Below are positions 21,047 to 29,717 of a stretch of DNA of 64,000 nt, piece after piece. Both the position numbers and the translations under genes were made by a program. Positions within the stretch are counted from its first letter, which is position 1; each line of letters starts with the position of its first letter. Origin of the DNA: Minisyncoccota bacterium (lineage in GTDB: Bacteria; Patescibacteriota; Minisyncoccia; 2-02-FULL-40-12; GWA2-44-9); the NCBI GenBank assembly GCA_035620375.1, contig DASPGX010000028.1, positions 2,974-66,973 of the forward strand, written 5' to 3'. Under the pieces are notes generated by a model. The model had not been told where the DNA came from, made no database searches, and saw only the letters and a list, made by a program, of their open reading frames with translations.

Positions 21047-22063
21047 ATGAGCCTGAACGCAAAATACAACCTGGCGTTCCCTGAAAACCCCGCCGATGCG
21101 GAAATGGTTCCCACGCGGGACGGGTTCGGCAAAGGGCTCGTCCGGGCGGGCGAGCAGGACGAGCGGGTCGTCGCGTTGTGCGCCGACCTGACCGAGTCCA
21201 CGCGCACCCAGTGGTTCGCCGAAAAATTCCCCGGACGTTTTGTACAGGTCGGGGTCGCGGAGCAGAACCTTGCGGTTCTGGCCTCCGGCATGGCGAATTA
21301 CGGCAAGATTCCGTTCATCACCTCGTATGCGACGTTCAGCCCGGGCCGGAACAACGAGCAAATCCGGACGACGGTCTGCATCAACAACGTGCCCGTGAAA
21401 ATCGCGGGTTCCCATGCGGGCGTTTCCGTGGGACCTGACGGCGCCACGCACCAGGCTTTGGAGGATATCGCGCTCATGCGGGTCATCCCGCGGATGGTCG
21501 TGGTCGTTCCCGCGGACGCTCCGCAGGCGCAAAAAGCGACGTTCGCCGCCGCATTCAACGGCTCGCCCACATATATCCGGCTGGGAAGGGAAAAAATGCC
21601 GGTATTCACGACCGACGATACGCCTTTTGAAATCGGAAAAGCACAGGTACTGCGGGACGGTTCGGATGTTGCGATAGTCGCTTGCGGCGCGCTGGTTTAT
21701 GAAGCGCTTCTGGCGGCCCGCCGTCTGGCGGATGATGGCATTGAATGCACAGTCATCAATAACCACACCGTGAAACCGATGGATGCACGGACTATCGCAG
21801 ATGCCGCGAGGGCCTGCGGCGCCGTGGTCACCGCGGAGGAACACCAGATTGCGGGGGGCATGGGCTCGGCCGTGGCCGAAGTTCTTGCCGCCTCGGGACC
21901 CGTTCCCGTGGAGTTTGTGGGGATGCAGGACCGTTTCGGCGAGTCCGGGCCCCCGGCGGACCTGATGAAACATTTCGGCCTTGATGCGGATGGTATCATC
22001 CAGGCCGTTCACCGCGTCATGAAGCGGAAGAAGAAGAGCCGCGCCGCGAAACCGAAGAAATGA
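21047..22063 (+). CDS. Transketolase, C-terminal (pyrimidine-binding + C-terminal domain) subunit
   Basis: FVQVGVAEQNLAVLASGMA and later transketolase C-domain blocks. The ATG at 21047 is preferred because the ORF-track start at 21020 overlaps the preceding gene. Confidence 0.9.
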   Translation: MSLNAKYNLAFPENPADAEMVPTRDGFGKGLVRAGEQDERVVALCADLTESTRTQWFAEKFPGRFVQVGVAEQNLAVLASGMANYGKIPFITSYATFSPGRNNEQIRTTVCINNVPVKIAGSHAGVSVGPDGATHQALEDIALMRVIPRMVVVVPADAPQAQKATFAAAFNGSPTYIRLGREKMPVFTTDDTPFEIGKAQVLRDGSDVAIVACGALVYEALLAARRLADDGIECTVINNHTVKPMDARTIADAARACGAVVTAEEHQIAGGMGSAVAEVLAASGPVPVEFVGMQDRFGESGPPADLMKHFGLDADGIIQAVHRVMKRKKKSRAAKPKK

Positions 22064-22090
22064 AAATGACCTCCGGGGAGGTCATTTTCA

Positions 22091-22639
22091 TTAGGCTTCC
22101 GAGTTGCTTTTCAGGAGGTCCCTGAGCTTCGCGAAGTCCGCTTCCAGGAGGCTTTTCACCGAAGGATCCTTGAGAGCCTTGGACGGGCTCATCGTCGGGA
22201 GAAGCTTGAACGTTCCGAGAGGGAATGTTCTGCCGTGCACGTTCTCGACGGGGATACGCAGACCGACGCCGTTCAGCGCGAGGTTGCCGAGGGTAACCAC
22301 GACCTCGGGATTCACGCTGCGTATTTCATCCTTCAGGAACGACGCGTGCGAACGGATTTCCTTGGGCGTCGGGAGCTTGTCGTCGTCGGGTCGGTATTTG
22401 ACCACGTTGGTCACATACACCTTTTTGCTGTCGATTCCTGCGCTCCGGAGGAGGCGGTTGAGTTCCTTGGCATGATTGCCTCCCATCGGCTTGCCCTCAC
22501 GCTCGCCGTCCTGGTCCAAAACCTCGTTGACGAACACGATACGGGCGCCGACGGTCCCTTTCCCGAAGACGAGCTTTTTCCCCTTGAATTTTTCTTTCAA
22601 GGCCGTGTTTACGCTCTTGAGTGTCTTGGGGTCCGACAT
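22091..22639 (-). CDS. Uracil-DNA glycosylase superfamily protein, divergent family-4-like (no GE(A/G)PG motif, no Fe-S cysteines)
   Basis: Aligns with family-4 UDG through ...GKPMGGNHAKELNRLL...VYVTNVVKYRP...PEVVVTLGNLA. The catalytic motif-A position reads VNEVL, and C is replaced by Y in VKYRP. Confidence 0.55.
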   Translation of the reverse strand: MSDPKTLKSVNTALKEKFKGKKLVFGKGTVGARIVFVNEVLDQDGEREGKPMGGNHAKELNRLLRSAGIDSKKVYVTNVVKYRPDDDKLPTPKEIRSHASFLKDEIRSVNPEVVVTLGNLALNGVGLRIPVENVHGRTFPLGTFKLLPTMSPSKALKDPSVKSLLEADFAKLRDLLKSNSEA

Positions 22640-22728
22640 GGCTGAAACAGTAGCATAAATGGCTGACTTTGGCAATACCTGAACCATAAAAGGCCCGCTA
22701 CGGCAGGCCCTCTATGGCATACGGTTTG

Positions 22729-22800
22729 TGGGCGGCATAGGAATCGAACCTATGACCTCTGTCTTATCAGGACAGCGTTCTACCACTGAACTAGCCGCCC
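22729..22800 (-). tRNA. tRNA-Ile (anticodon GAU)
   Basis: Reverse complement folds as a cloverleaf: acceptor GGGCGGC/GCCGCCC, anticodon loop CUGAUAA, T-loop TTCGATT, discriminator A. No encoded CCA. Confidence 0.85.
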
Positions 22801-22804
22801 TCGG

Positions 22805-22860
22805 CCCGGATATACTATACAAAAATCTGGATATAATCAAGATTTCGTGCTATAATGTGT
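22805..22860. promoter_or_regulatory. AT-rich divergent promoter region between the two tRNA genes
   Basis: Two TATAAT hexamers (22833-22838, 22851-22856) on the + strand and TATAGT-like hexamers on the - strand, in an otherwise GC-rich genome. Confidence 0.3.
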
Positions 22861-22890
22861 CGTTATGCGGCGTTGAAGCCGTCGGCTGAC

Positions 22891-22963
22891 GGGCCCGTAG
22901 CTTAGTTGGTAGAGCGCCTCATTTGCAATGAGGAGGTCACCGGTTCGAATCCGGTCGGGTCCA
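22891..22963 (+). tRNA. tRNA-Ala (anticodon UGC)
   Basis: Cloverleaf with the G3:U70 alanine identity pair, anticodon loop TTTGCAA, T-loop TTCGAAT, discriminator A. No encoded CCA. Followed by the hairpin gcccgcc-tctgac-ggcgggt. Confidence 0.85.
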
Positions 22964-23020
22964 CCTGAAAATCGCACAGCGCCCGCCTCTGACGGCGGGT
23001 GCCGTGGTAGGATGAGCCCA

Positions 23021-23563
23021 ATGCGACACGAGGTACCGTTCATCTCTCAATATCAGGGAATCACCGACCCGGCCTGGCAGTGGCGGGGGTGCGGAATTAC
23101 TGCCCTGAAAATGGTCATGGATTTCTGGCATGCCGGGGATTCCGGCAACCGGACAACGGACATGGAAACATTGTTCCGTGAGGGTACGCGGAGCGGAGCG
23201 TACCGTGAAGGCGTCGGATGGTCGCATGCCGGCCTGGTCGCGCTTGCCCGCGCCTTCGGGTATGAGGCGTACAACCGTGACTGGGCACCCAAGGGTCCGA
23301 CACCGAAGGAACCCGGGGCGGCGTTTACGGAGCTCATCAGGGAGCTTGAGTCCGGACCCGTTCTGGTATCGGTATTCAGCGGGCTGAACCCCGCCCGCGG
23401 CGGGGGGCATATTGTTGTGATGACCGGAACGGAGAGCGGCCTCGTATACTTCAGCGATCCCGAACAGCTCAACGAGCGCGAGGGAGTCCGTGTGTTGGCT
23501 GCGGAGGCGTTCGCACAGGCGTTCAAGGCGCGGTACGTCGTGGTCAGGCCGGCTCAACGGTGA
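23021..23563 (+). CDS. Papain-like peptidase C39-like domain protein
   Basis: QWRGCGITALKMVMDFW supplies the Cys and GGGHIVVMTG the His, matching Peptidase_C39_2-like proteins. The alternative start is 23012. Confidence 0.5.
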   Translation: MRHEVPFISQYQGITDPAWQWRGCGITALKMVMDFWHAGDSGNRTTDMETLFREGTRSGAYREGVGWSHAGLVALARAFGYEAYNRDWAPKGPTPKEPGAAFTELIRELESGPVLVSVFSGLNPARGGGHIVVMTGTESGLVYFSDPEQLNEREGVRVLAAEAFAQAFKARYVVVRPAQR

Positions 23564-25230
23564 CTGACGAAGGGAGACGGTTCCTCGGGTGGTCCGGGAG
23601 GCCCGGCGGGAGGCTCCGGTTTCTTGTGTACTGCCCGCCAGACAAGCGCGCCGATAACGACAACGGCGCCGGCACCGGCCAGAACATGCGGCAGGTAGGT
23701 GAACAACAGCTCCAGGAACGGCGTGGATTTCTTGTGCGTTGCGGGTGCTCCGACTTTTTCAAATACGCCGTCGCCGTTGTCGGCATATATGACGATACGC
23801 GCGCCGTCAGGCAGGTTTGCCAGCAGGAGCGAGGTGTCATGGGTGTAGAGCGTTTCTATGAGCTGGCCGTCCGCGCCGATGATGTCCACGCGGTAGCCGT
23901 TCGACGGCGCGCCTGATGCCGGTTCCTGCCACTGTATCGTCTGTCCGTCGCCGTCTCCGGAGGGACCGATACTGATAGTCGGCGTAGGGGCGGGCGGAGG
24001 TGTCGGTGTGCCGCCCGGTCCCGGACCGGGGGTCGGCGCAGCCACCGTTGAGAACGTGAATTCAACAGCCGATTCGTTTCCGGAAGCGTCTCCGCTCCGC
24101 ACGACCGCCGTATACGAGGACTGCTGCGCGAGGTCGCTGACAGGGATGAGGTGTTCCAGCTCCAGGGTACTGTCGGAACCGCCCCCGACGGTGATTTTAT
24201 CCACGCCCTGCTGGATGACCACGAGGGAGTTCGCCGCTTCGTTCGTCGTCCACGCGATGCTGACGCTCTCATGCGTCACGTTGACCGCCCGCGCGTTGGT
24301 GATTACCGGGGGCGTCGTGTCCGGCGGCGGGGTCGGTGCCGGTGTTCCGGTCGGCGGCGGGGTAGTCGGGCCGGGAGTCGGCGAGACGCTGGTTCCGGCG
24401 CTCGTGAATTGGCCGTTAACCTGGGTAACGTTGCCCCAGACGTCCTTGGCGGTGAGGGTGAACTCGTGCGCGGTGCCGGGGTCGGATATCGTCAGGAGGA
24501 CGGAACACGACTGAACGGAGAGCGGACAGCTGGTGTACGAACCCGAGTACGGCACGGTGTACGCCTGACCTTGGCCCTGGGGACCATACTGCACCGACGC
24601 ATCCACGGGCTCGGACGCATTGAACGACAACCGGACGCTCTGTACGGAAAGAATTTCGGCGGAAACGTTTGTCAGGACGGGGTCGGTGCTCTCGGTATTC
24701 TCATACAGGGCGGACTTGAAGGCGAACTCCCGCTCCTCACCGCCGATACGGGACAGGCCGCCGGTGTAAGCCGCCTGCGGGGGTGCGTTATGCGGCAGGA
24801 CCTGCTGTTGGGCCGCGTAATAGATGCGCAACGAAGGCATTGCAGTGCTGATGCGCACAACATATGGCTGATTTGCGGTGACCGCGACCTGGGACGGGAG
24901 GGCAATCTTCAGCCGCATGCCTCCCGAGCTTTCGGCGATGGCCGGAACCGTGACGACCCTGCTGGAGATGAGGGTCGAGGACGGGTTATACAGCTGGAAT
25001 GTCGCCGTGCCCGACGTACCGTTGGTGCTGACCCACACGTCAAAGCCGCTCAAATGGTCGTTCAACGGGAGAAAAACCTGCTCCACCGGCTGCGGAGACG
25101 AGGCGACGAGCAGGCTTTCCGCAAAATCCGGGTTGAACTCAAAGTACAGTGCATCCGCAAAGACCGTTTCCGGGGAGAAAAACAGCGCGGCCAGGAGAAA
25201 TACGGTCACAAGCGCTCTCACAATATGCAT
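23554..25230 (-). CDS. Secreted cell-surface protein with fibronectin-III-like domain(s), Pro/Thr-rich linkers and C-terminal TM anchor
   Basis: Signal peptide MHIVRALVTVFLLAALFFSPETVFA. PTPGPTTPPPTGTPAPTPPPDTTPP linker followed by ITNARAVNVTHESVSIAWTT (FN3-like). C-terminal hydrophobic helix plus KK. Confidence 0.55.
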   Translation of the reverse strand: MHIVRALVTVFLLAALFFSPETVFADALYFEFNPDFAESLLVASSPQPVEQVFLPLNDHLSGFDVWVSTNGTSGTATFQLYNPSSTLISSRVVTVPAIAESSGGMRLKIALPSQVAVTANQPYVVRISTAMPSLRIYYAAQQQVLPHNAPPQAAYTGGLSRIGGEEREFAFKSALYENTESTDPVLTNVSAEILSVQSVRLSFNASEPVDASVQYGPQGQGQAYTVPYSGSYTSCPLSVQSCSVLLTISDPGTAHEFTLTAKDVWGNVTQVNGQFTSAGTSVSPTPGPTTPPPTGTPAPTPPPDTTPPVITNARAVNVTHESVSIAWTTNEAANSLVVIQQGVDKITVGGGSDSTLELEHLIPVSDLAQQSSYTAVVRSGDASGNESAVEFTFSTVAAPTPGPGPGGTPTPPPAPTPTISIGPSGDGDGQTIQWQEPASGAPSNGYRVDIIGADGQLIETLYTHDTSLLLANLPDGARIVIYADNGDGVFEKVGAPATHKKSTPFLELLFTYLPHVLAGAGAVVVIGALVWRAVHKKPEPPAGPPGPPEEPSPFVSHR

Positions 25231-25281
25231 ATTCTACCACAAAGAGGCCCCGAAGGGCCTCTTTGTATGCTGACCGAGAAA

Positions 25282-25737
25282 CTACCGGACGACTTCGATG
25301 GTCTCGCCGAGTTCGGCGAACGGGGCGCGGACGTTAATCCGTCCGTTCGCGTCGCGGTACACCTGATAGCCGGTGGAGGCGACGGTGCCGTTCGTGGTCG
25401 GGTCAACGACCATCGTGGACAGGTACGTCGGTTGGACGCACGCCGCGAGGTCGAAGTTACCGGAACCCGAGCCGACAACCGTGTAGGTGCTCGGCAACGC
25501 CGGACAACCGCCCGTGGTGGGCCAGTTACCGCGGTTGTCAGCCAACCGCTGACCGATGGCGTTCAGCACGGTGTTAATGTTGCTCCAGCGCTGACTGTTC
25601 CGCGCCTGGGCGAACTGCCGGGCGGGGTTCAGAGCCACGATAACGACCGCGGCCAGGATGGCGATGATACCGATGACGACCAGAATCTCGATAAGGGTGA
25701 AACCCTTACGGGTCCGGCCGATATTCCCTCTTTTCAT
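25282..25737 (-). CDS. Type IV pilin (major pilin candidate)
   Basis: Class III signal KGFTLIEILVVIGIIAILAAVV (G/FTLIE prepilin cleavage/methylation motif). Confidence 0.8.
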   Translation of the reverse strand: MKRGNIGRTRKGFTLIEILVVIGIIAILAAVVIVALNPARQFAQARNSQRWSNINTVLNAIGQRLADNRGNWPTTGGCPALPSTYTVVGSGSGNFDLAACVQPTYLSTMVVDPTTNGTVASTGYQVYRDANGRINVRAPFAELGETIEVVR

Positions 25738-25882
25738 GTATGAATGTGTTGGTTAGTGAAATACGAAGATACTGTCTGGGGCGCCATGCATGGAGCGTCC
25801 CAGCTCCTATCGACCATAGGCACTATTGATTATACCAGCCGCAGCATCGGCGGTTATCCACACGAATTGAAGCTGATTGCCG

Positions 25883-27325
25883 TCATTTTATCTCGTTCCA
25901 GTTGATGGGAGTGTAATAGCTGGAGGTCTTGGGGAAACTCGGAGGAGGATAAAACAGGAGATTGGGGTCGTAGATGATGATGCGTTGCTGGTACCCGGTG
26001 CCGTCGCTCCAGGCGAATCCGTACCGCTCTTCAGAGCCGATCATCCCGTAGAGCGTGATTTTCTGGCGGACGTGGTTGGGAGAGCACCGTGGCTGGTTGC
26101 CGGAGGGCGGCCGGTAGTAGTAGCGGCCGACCCGGTTGCTCTGCGCCAGGAGCGCACCGTCAATCCGCAGGTCGTCCTCGCTGTCCCATCCGGCATTCAC
26201 ATTGCCCTGGGCTACGAGCGAAATAATATCCTGACCGTCGTAGTTCGTGTACAAAAGGTCCCGGTTGACGGTTATGTGCATCCGGTGGGCGGGATTTTCC
26301 GGGAAACGCCCTGTCGCAATGGTAATCCGGGCCGTATTTATCTGTCCGTCAATCCACACGTGGTCTTCAATGAAGATTATGCCGTTGTCCGGGAACGGAT
26401 AGTTACCGAGAAAGGTTTCGTCTTCAATGCTCCAGGTGTCCCAGTCCTGCTCGCCCAGAACGCTGACGCATCCGTTGGGCGCCTTGATGGTATCCGTCAC
26501 GTCGTAGAGGTCGAAGGTGTCGTTTGTTTTCAGGATGATGTGGTAGCCCTTGTTGCCGACCGTGTTCCGGTAGAAGCCGTCTGCTTGAGCGCTGGCTTTC
26601 AGGTTGGCGAGGTCCTGAGAGAGTCCGGCGAAATCGATGGGCGGAACGGGGAACTGTCTGCCTGCCTTGAAGACGTCCGGGCGGTTCGGCACGGCTGCAG
26701 GGGGGAGCGGGTCCTGCGGCGCGACGTGGGTATGGACGCCGAATTCATCCTGCCCGCTGTGGTCGGGGTCGTTGAACTCGGCGACCGCGCTGGTGACGAG
26801 ATTATGCGCGATGCCGTCGATGCGGACTCCGGAATTCGAGTGGACCGGTCCGAAGATTTCCGAGCCGGGCCCGAAGAACACGTACGAGCCGATGATGGCG
26901 GAGTATTTTGCGAAGGACGGAATGTCCATCTGTGCCTCAATGATTTTCTCGGCGTCCGGATTCACGGTCAGCGTCCCCGTAGACCGGATGGTCAGGAGCG
27001 TGGAGCCCGTTGCCGGAGGCGAAATATCGAGCGTGAACGTTCCGATGAGATTTCCGTCTTTATCGCGGTAGTCATGGACGTACGGCCCCGGAGCGCCGGT
27101 GCCGTCCTGGTAATCCTTGGGCGCATGCGCCAGGTGCCACCGGTAGTATTCAATGCCGGCCTCCGCGATGAGAAAGGCCTGCTCGGCGTCGCTGTCGCGC
27201 CACACCAGCCGGACGTTCGTGTCCGCCCACAGCACGAAGCCGGTCAGGATAATGATGGAAACCGCGCTGAAAATCAGAACCTGTACCGCAATCTGGCCCT
27301 TGTTCCGGTATCCGGTCATGCTCAT
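25883..27325 (-). CDS. Large PilX-like minor pilin / pilus-associated protein (480 aa)
   Basis: N-terminal hydrophobic PilX_N-like segment GQIAVQVLIFSAVSIIILTGFVLWA followed by a large extracellular domain. Overlaps the next gene by 4 nt. Confidence 0.5.
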   Translation of the reverse strand: MSMTGYRNKGQIAVQVLIFSAVSIIILTGFVLWADTNVRLVWRDSDAEQAFLIAEAGIEYYRWHLAHAPKDYQDGTGAPGPYVHDYRDKDGNLIGTFTLDISPPATGSTLLTIRSTGTLTVNPDAEKIIEAQMDIPSFAKYSAIIGSYVFFGPGSEIFGPVHSNSGVRIDGIAHNLVTSAVAEFNDPDHSGQDEFGVHTHVAPQDPLPPAAVPNRPDVFKAGRQFPVPPIDFAGLSQDLANLKASAQADGFYRNTVGNKGYHIILKTNDTFDLYDVTDTIKAPNGCVSVLGEQDWDTWSIEDETFLGNYPFPDNGIIFIEDHVWIDGQINTARITIATGRFPENPAHRMHITVNRDLLYTNYDGQDIISLVAQGNVNAGWDSEDDLRIDGALLAQSNRVGRYYYRPPSGNQPRCSPNHVRQKITLYGMIGSEERYGFAWSDGTGYQQRIIIYDPNLLFYPPPSFPKTSSYYTPINWNEIK

Positions 27326-27927
27326 ATTTCGCCCCTCAAATTACGGATGGTCGCGTCAATTGACTGCGTGAATCCTGCGGGCGGAAGCGTGGGGTCGTCG
27401 TCGACGGTGACGCGCATCCGGATGAGGCGTATCTGTGCGACCGGAACCGGCGCGGAGAGCGAGGCGGTGTTCCCGGTCCATGACAGCCCTTCCCAGTACG
27501 CAAAGATGTCCGGCCCTGGTACGACGGAGGTGATGACGTCCCGCACCTGTTCATCCACGGCAGGATACGTGGCCGGGTTTCCCGTCGGCTCGGTGACGCC
27601 TTTCCGTATCGTCGTTCCGTCCAGGAAGTACCGGATTTGTTCGAACGTTCCGTCTGCGTCCACGTCGGCATAGAACGTGATGCCGTTCGCCGCGGCGGCG
27701 GCAATCGGATAGCTTCCGTTCTCCGAGATGCTCATGGAACGCGCCTCCGAGATGAACGTCCGGAGCGTCCGCTCGACCCCGCGCTCCGAATCCAGCCGGC
27801 TCCCCAGGAGTGTGCCGAAAAAGTTCACGTCGAGGGCGAAATACGTGGCAAGCGTCATGACGCCGGTCGCGACGGCGATGGTGATGAGCAATTCCAGGAT
27901 TGTGACGCCGCGGCGGTGCATCGTCAT
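27322..27927 (-). CDS. Minor pilin / pseudopilin with prepilin-type N-terminal methylation domain
   Basis: RRGVTILELLITIAVATGVM. Confidence 0.65.
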   Translation of the reverse strand: MTMHRRGVTILELLITIAVATGVMTLATYFALDVNFFGTLLGSRLDSERGVERTLRTFISEARSMSISENGSYPIAAAAANGITFYADVDADGTFEQIRYFLDGTTIRKGVTEPTGNPATYPAVDEQVRDVITSVVPGPDIFAYWEGLSWTGNTASLSAPVPVAQIRLIRMRVTVDDDPTLPPAGFTQSIDATIRNLRGEI

Positions 27928-29717
27928 GGATTCAGGGGAACGGTAATACCCTGCCAGTCAGCGATAACGGGAACCTCCGCATTGTAATCGGAGAAACCGG
28001 ACTTTGTGACGGTGAGCGTGTACGTATCATTGGCAAGGCCGCTGAAGAACGCGTTTCCGCCGGGCAGGCATCCGGCGCGGTAGGTGATGCCGACCGCTTC
28101 CAGAGAGGGAGTGGCGTCCTGGTCCAGCGTCCGCATTTCTACCCGGTACCGGAGATAGCGGTTACCGTTGTGCAATGTGGGAAGGTTTCCGCCGGCGCCG
28201 GTATAGAAGGTTGCCGGAGTGCCGTCGGGCCCCGCATAGACCCAGGTAGCGTTGTCGTTGTTCGTGGCAATCTGGAGCCGGACGCTGTCGGTTCCGGTTT
28301 CGGACGGCTGGGACGACGGCGTCATGCCGGCCGAGAAGAATGAGATGCTCGCCGTCCCGAAATCGACGGTTTCCGATTCCAGCCACGCATAGCTTCCCGT
28401 TGCGTGGGGCCCGCCGGGCGGAATGAGCGTAAGTACGCCCGCAGAGGCGGTGTATATTCCGCCGCTCTGCTGGCTGAACTGGCCGCCGCTCCAGTCGCTT
28501 TGGGACCAGGTATTGCGTCCGCTGACGACCGTGACGTCGTACGCGCCGCTGGCAAGGCGCACCGCCGCGTCGTTTAACGGTGTGCCGCCCGGGCCGGTAA
28601 CCGTGACGAGCAGTGACGAGGGGTCCTTCGGCGCCATCAGCCAGGTGACCGCAAGTGACGAACCCGGATTAAGGGTGAACGGCGAGGGATGGCTGGTCCC
28701 GGCGATATCCCACGAAGCGTCCGTGGATCGGGCCGTGAAACTGTCCCATTCCAGCGGTGAGACCGACACGGTGCCGCCGGCGCCGGTCTGGTGCGAAACG
28801 GAGTATTTGGGGATATCCGGAGCGGAGCCGATGAGTTTGGAACCGGTCAGGAGAAAGTCAACGCCTGGTACGGTGCCGCACACCGCGCTCCGCGAGGTGA
28901 AGGCGACGTCACCCGTTACGTCGATGGAAAACGTCGCCACGGTCAGCTGCTCCGCAACGATGGTCAGGTCGGGCTTTGCGGGGTTCGGGTTCGAAGGCTC
29001 GCCGGGCGGATACGTGCGGTCCGTAGAGTAGCCCGCCTTGGTGACGGTCACCCGGTAGCCCGCGGAATCGGTCGCCAGGCCAATGAGCTGAAGGAGGCCG
29101 TCCGCATCCGAAGTGTCCGTGATGTTGACGGCGGGGGTCACTCCCGTGTTGGTGACCGTGATGGTCGCACCCGGCAGTGCGATACCCGAGCCGTCCAGAA
29201 CGCGCACCAGGAGGTACCCGGTCTTCGACGGGTCTTCCAGGTTGCGCGGAGCCAATGTCGTGGTCATCCGGATATCCGAGAACCGCGGGCATGAGGCACA
29301 CAAGATGCGCAGTTCGATGATTTTGTAGTCCGCCGGGTCGGTATCGCCCGGGGTGCCGTCCAGGAGGCCATCGAAGGGGTCGTCAATGTTCCTGACCGTC
29401 GTTTCGACGGTGAACGGCACGCCGCCCACGGTGACCGCCTTGGACGGCGGAAGCAGTCCGGGCGGCACGCCGCCGACCGTGCCGACGTCCTCGTAGCGCA
29501 TATTTCTGATAATCTCCACCTCGGATTCTATGATGTTTGCCGCCGTCGCGTGGTATTGTCCCGCAGTCACGATGTCGAGCGTGTTGCTGTACGACAGATA
29601 CAACCCCGAAGAAACAATGACCAGGATGGTCATGCCGATGAGCGTTTCCAGCAACGTAAAACCGGCCGGGACGCATCCGGCTTTTGTGCGGCCGTCCGTC
29701 GGTGCAAGTTTTCTCAT
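27924..29717 (-). CDS. Giant minor pilin (597 aa) with prepilin-type N-terminus
   Basis: AGFTLLETLIGMTILVIVSSGLYLSY followed by ~550 aa of beta-rich, T/S/G-rich extracellular domain. Confidence 0.6.
   Translation of the reverse strand: MRKLAPTDGRTKAGCVPAGFTLLETLIGMTILVIVSSGLYLSYSNTLDIVTAGQYHATAANIIESEVEIIRNMRYEDVGTVGGVPPGLLPPSKAVTVGGVPFTVETTVRNIDDPFDGLLDGTPGDTDPADYKIIELRILCASCPRFSDIRMTTTLAPRNLEDPSKTGYLLVRVLDGSGIALPGATITVTNTGVTPAVNITDTSDADGLLQLIGLATDSAGYRVTVTKAGYSTDRTYPPGEPSNPNPAKPDLTIVAEQLTVATFSIDVTGDVAFTSRSAVCGTVPGVDFLLTGSKLIGSAPDIPKYSVSHQTGAGGTVSVSPLEWDSFTARSTDASWDIAGTSHPSPFTLNPGSSLAVTWLMAPKDPSSLLVTVTGPGGTPLNDAAVRLASGAYDVTVVSGRNTWSQSDWSGGQFSQQSGGIYTASAGVLTLIPPGGPHATGSYAWLESETVDFGTASISFFSAGMTPSSQPSETGTDSVRLQIATNNDNATWVYAGPDGTPATFYTGAGGNLPTLHNGNRYLRYRVEMRTLDQDATPSLEAVGITYRAGCLPGGNAFFSGLANDTYTLTVTKSGFSDYNAEVPVIADWQGITVPLNP

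Noticed and set aside
20729-22012. 427-aa minus-strand ORF
   Set aside because: Antisense to the transketolase C-subunit and to the two small paralogues. Arg/Gly-rich with no motif.
22928-23020. N-terminal 31 codons of ORF 22928..23563, overlapping tRNA-Ala
   Set aside because: This extension overlaps the tRNA-Ala gene. Internal starts at 23012 or 23021, which have an AGGA spacer, are preferred for the C39-like peptidase.
24151-27673. Plus-strand ORFs of 530 aa (24151..25743) and 598 aa (25877..27673)
   Set aside because: Antisense to the pilin, the PilX-like protein and the FN3 surface protein, all of which have signal or prepilin N-termini and domain signatures. The plus-strand translations are V/R/G/D-rich low-information sequence.
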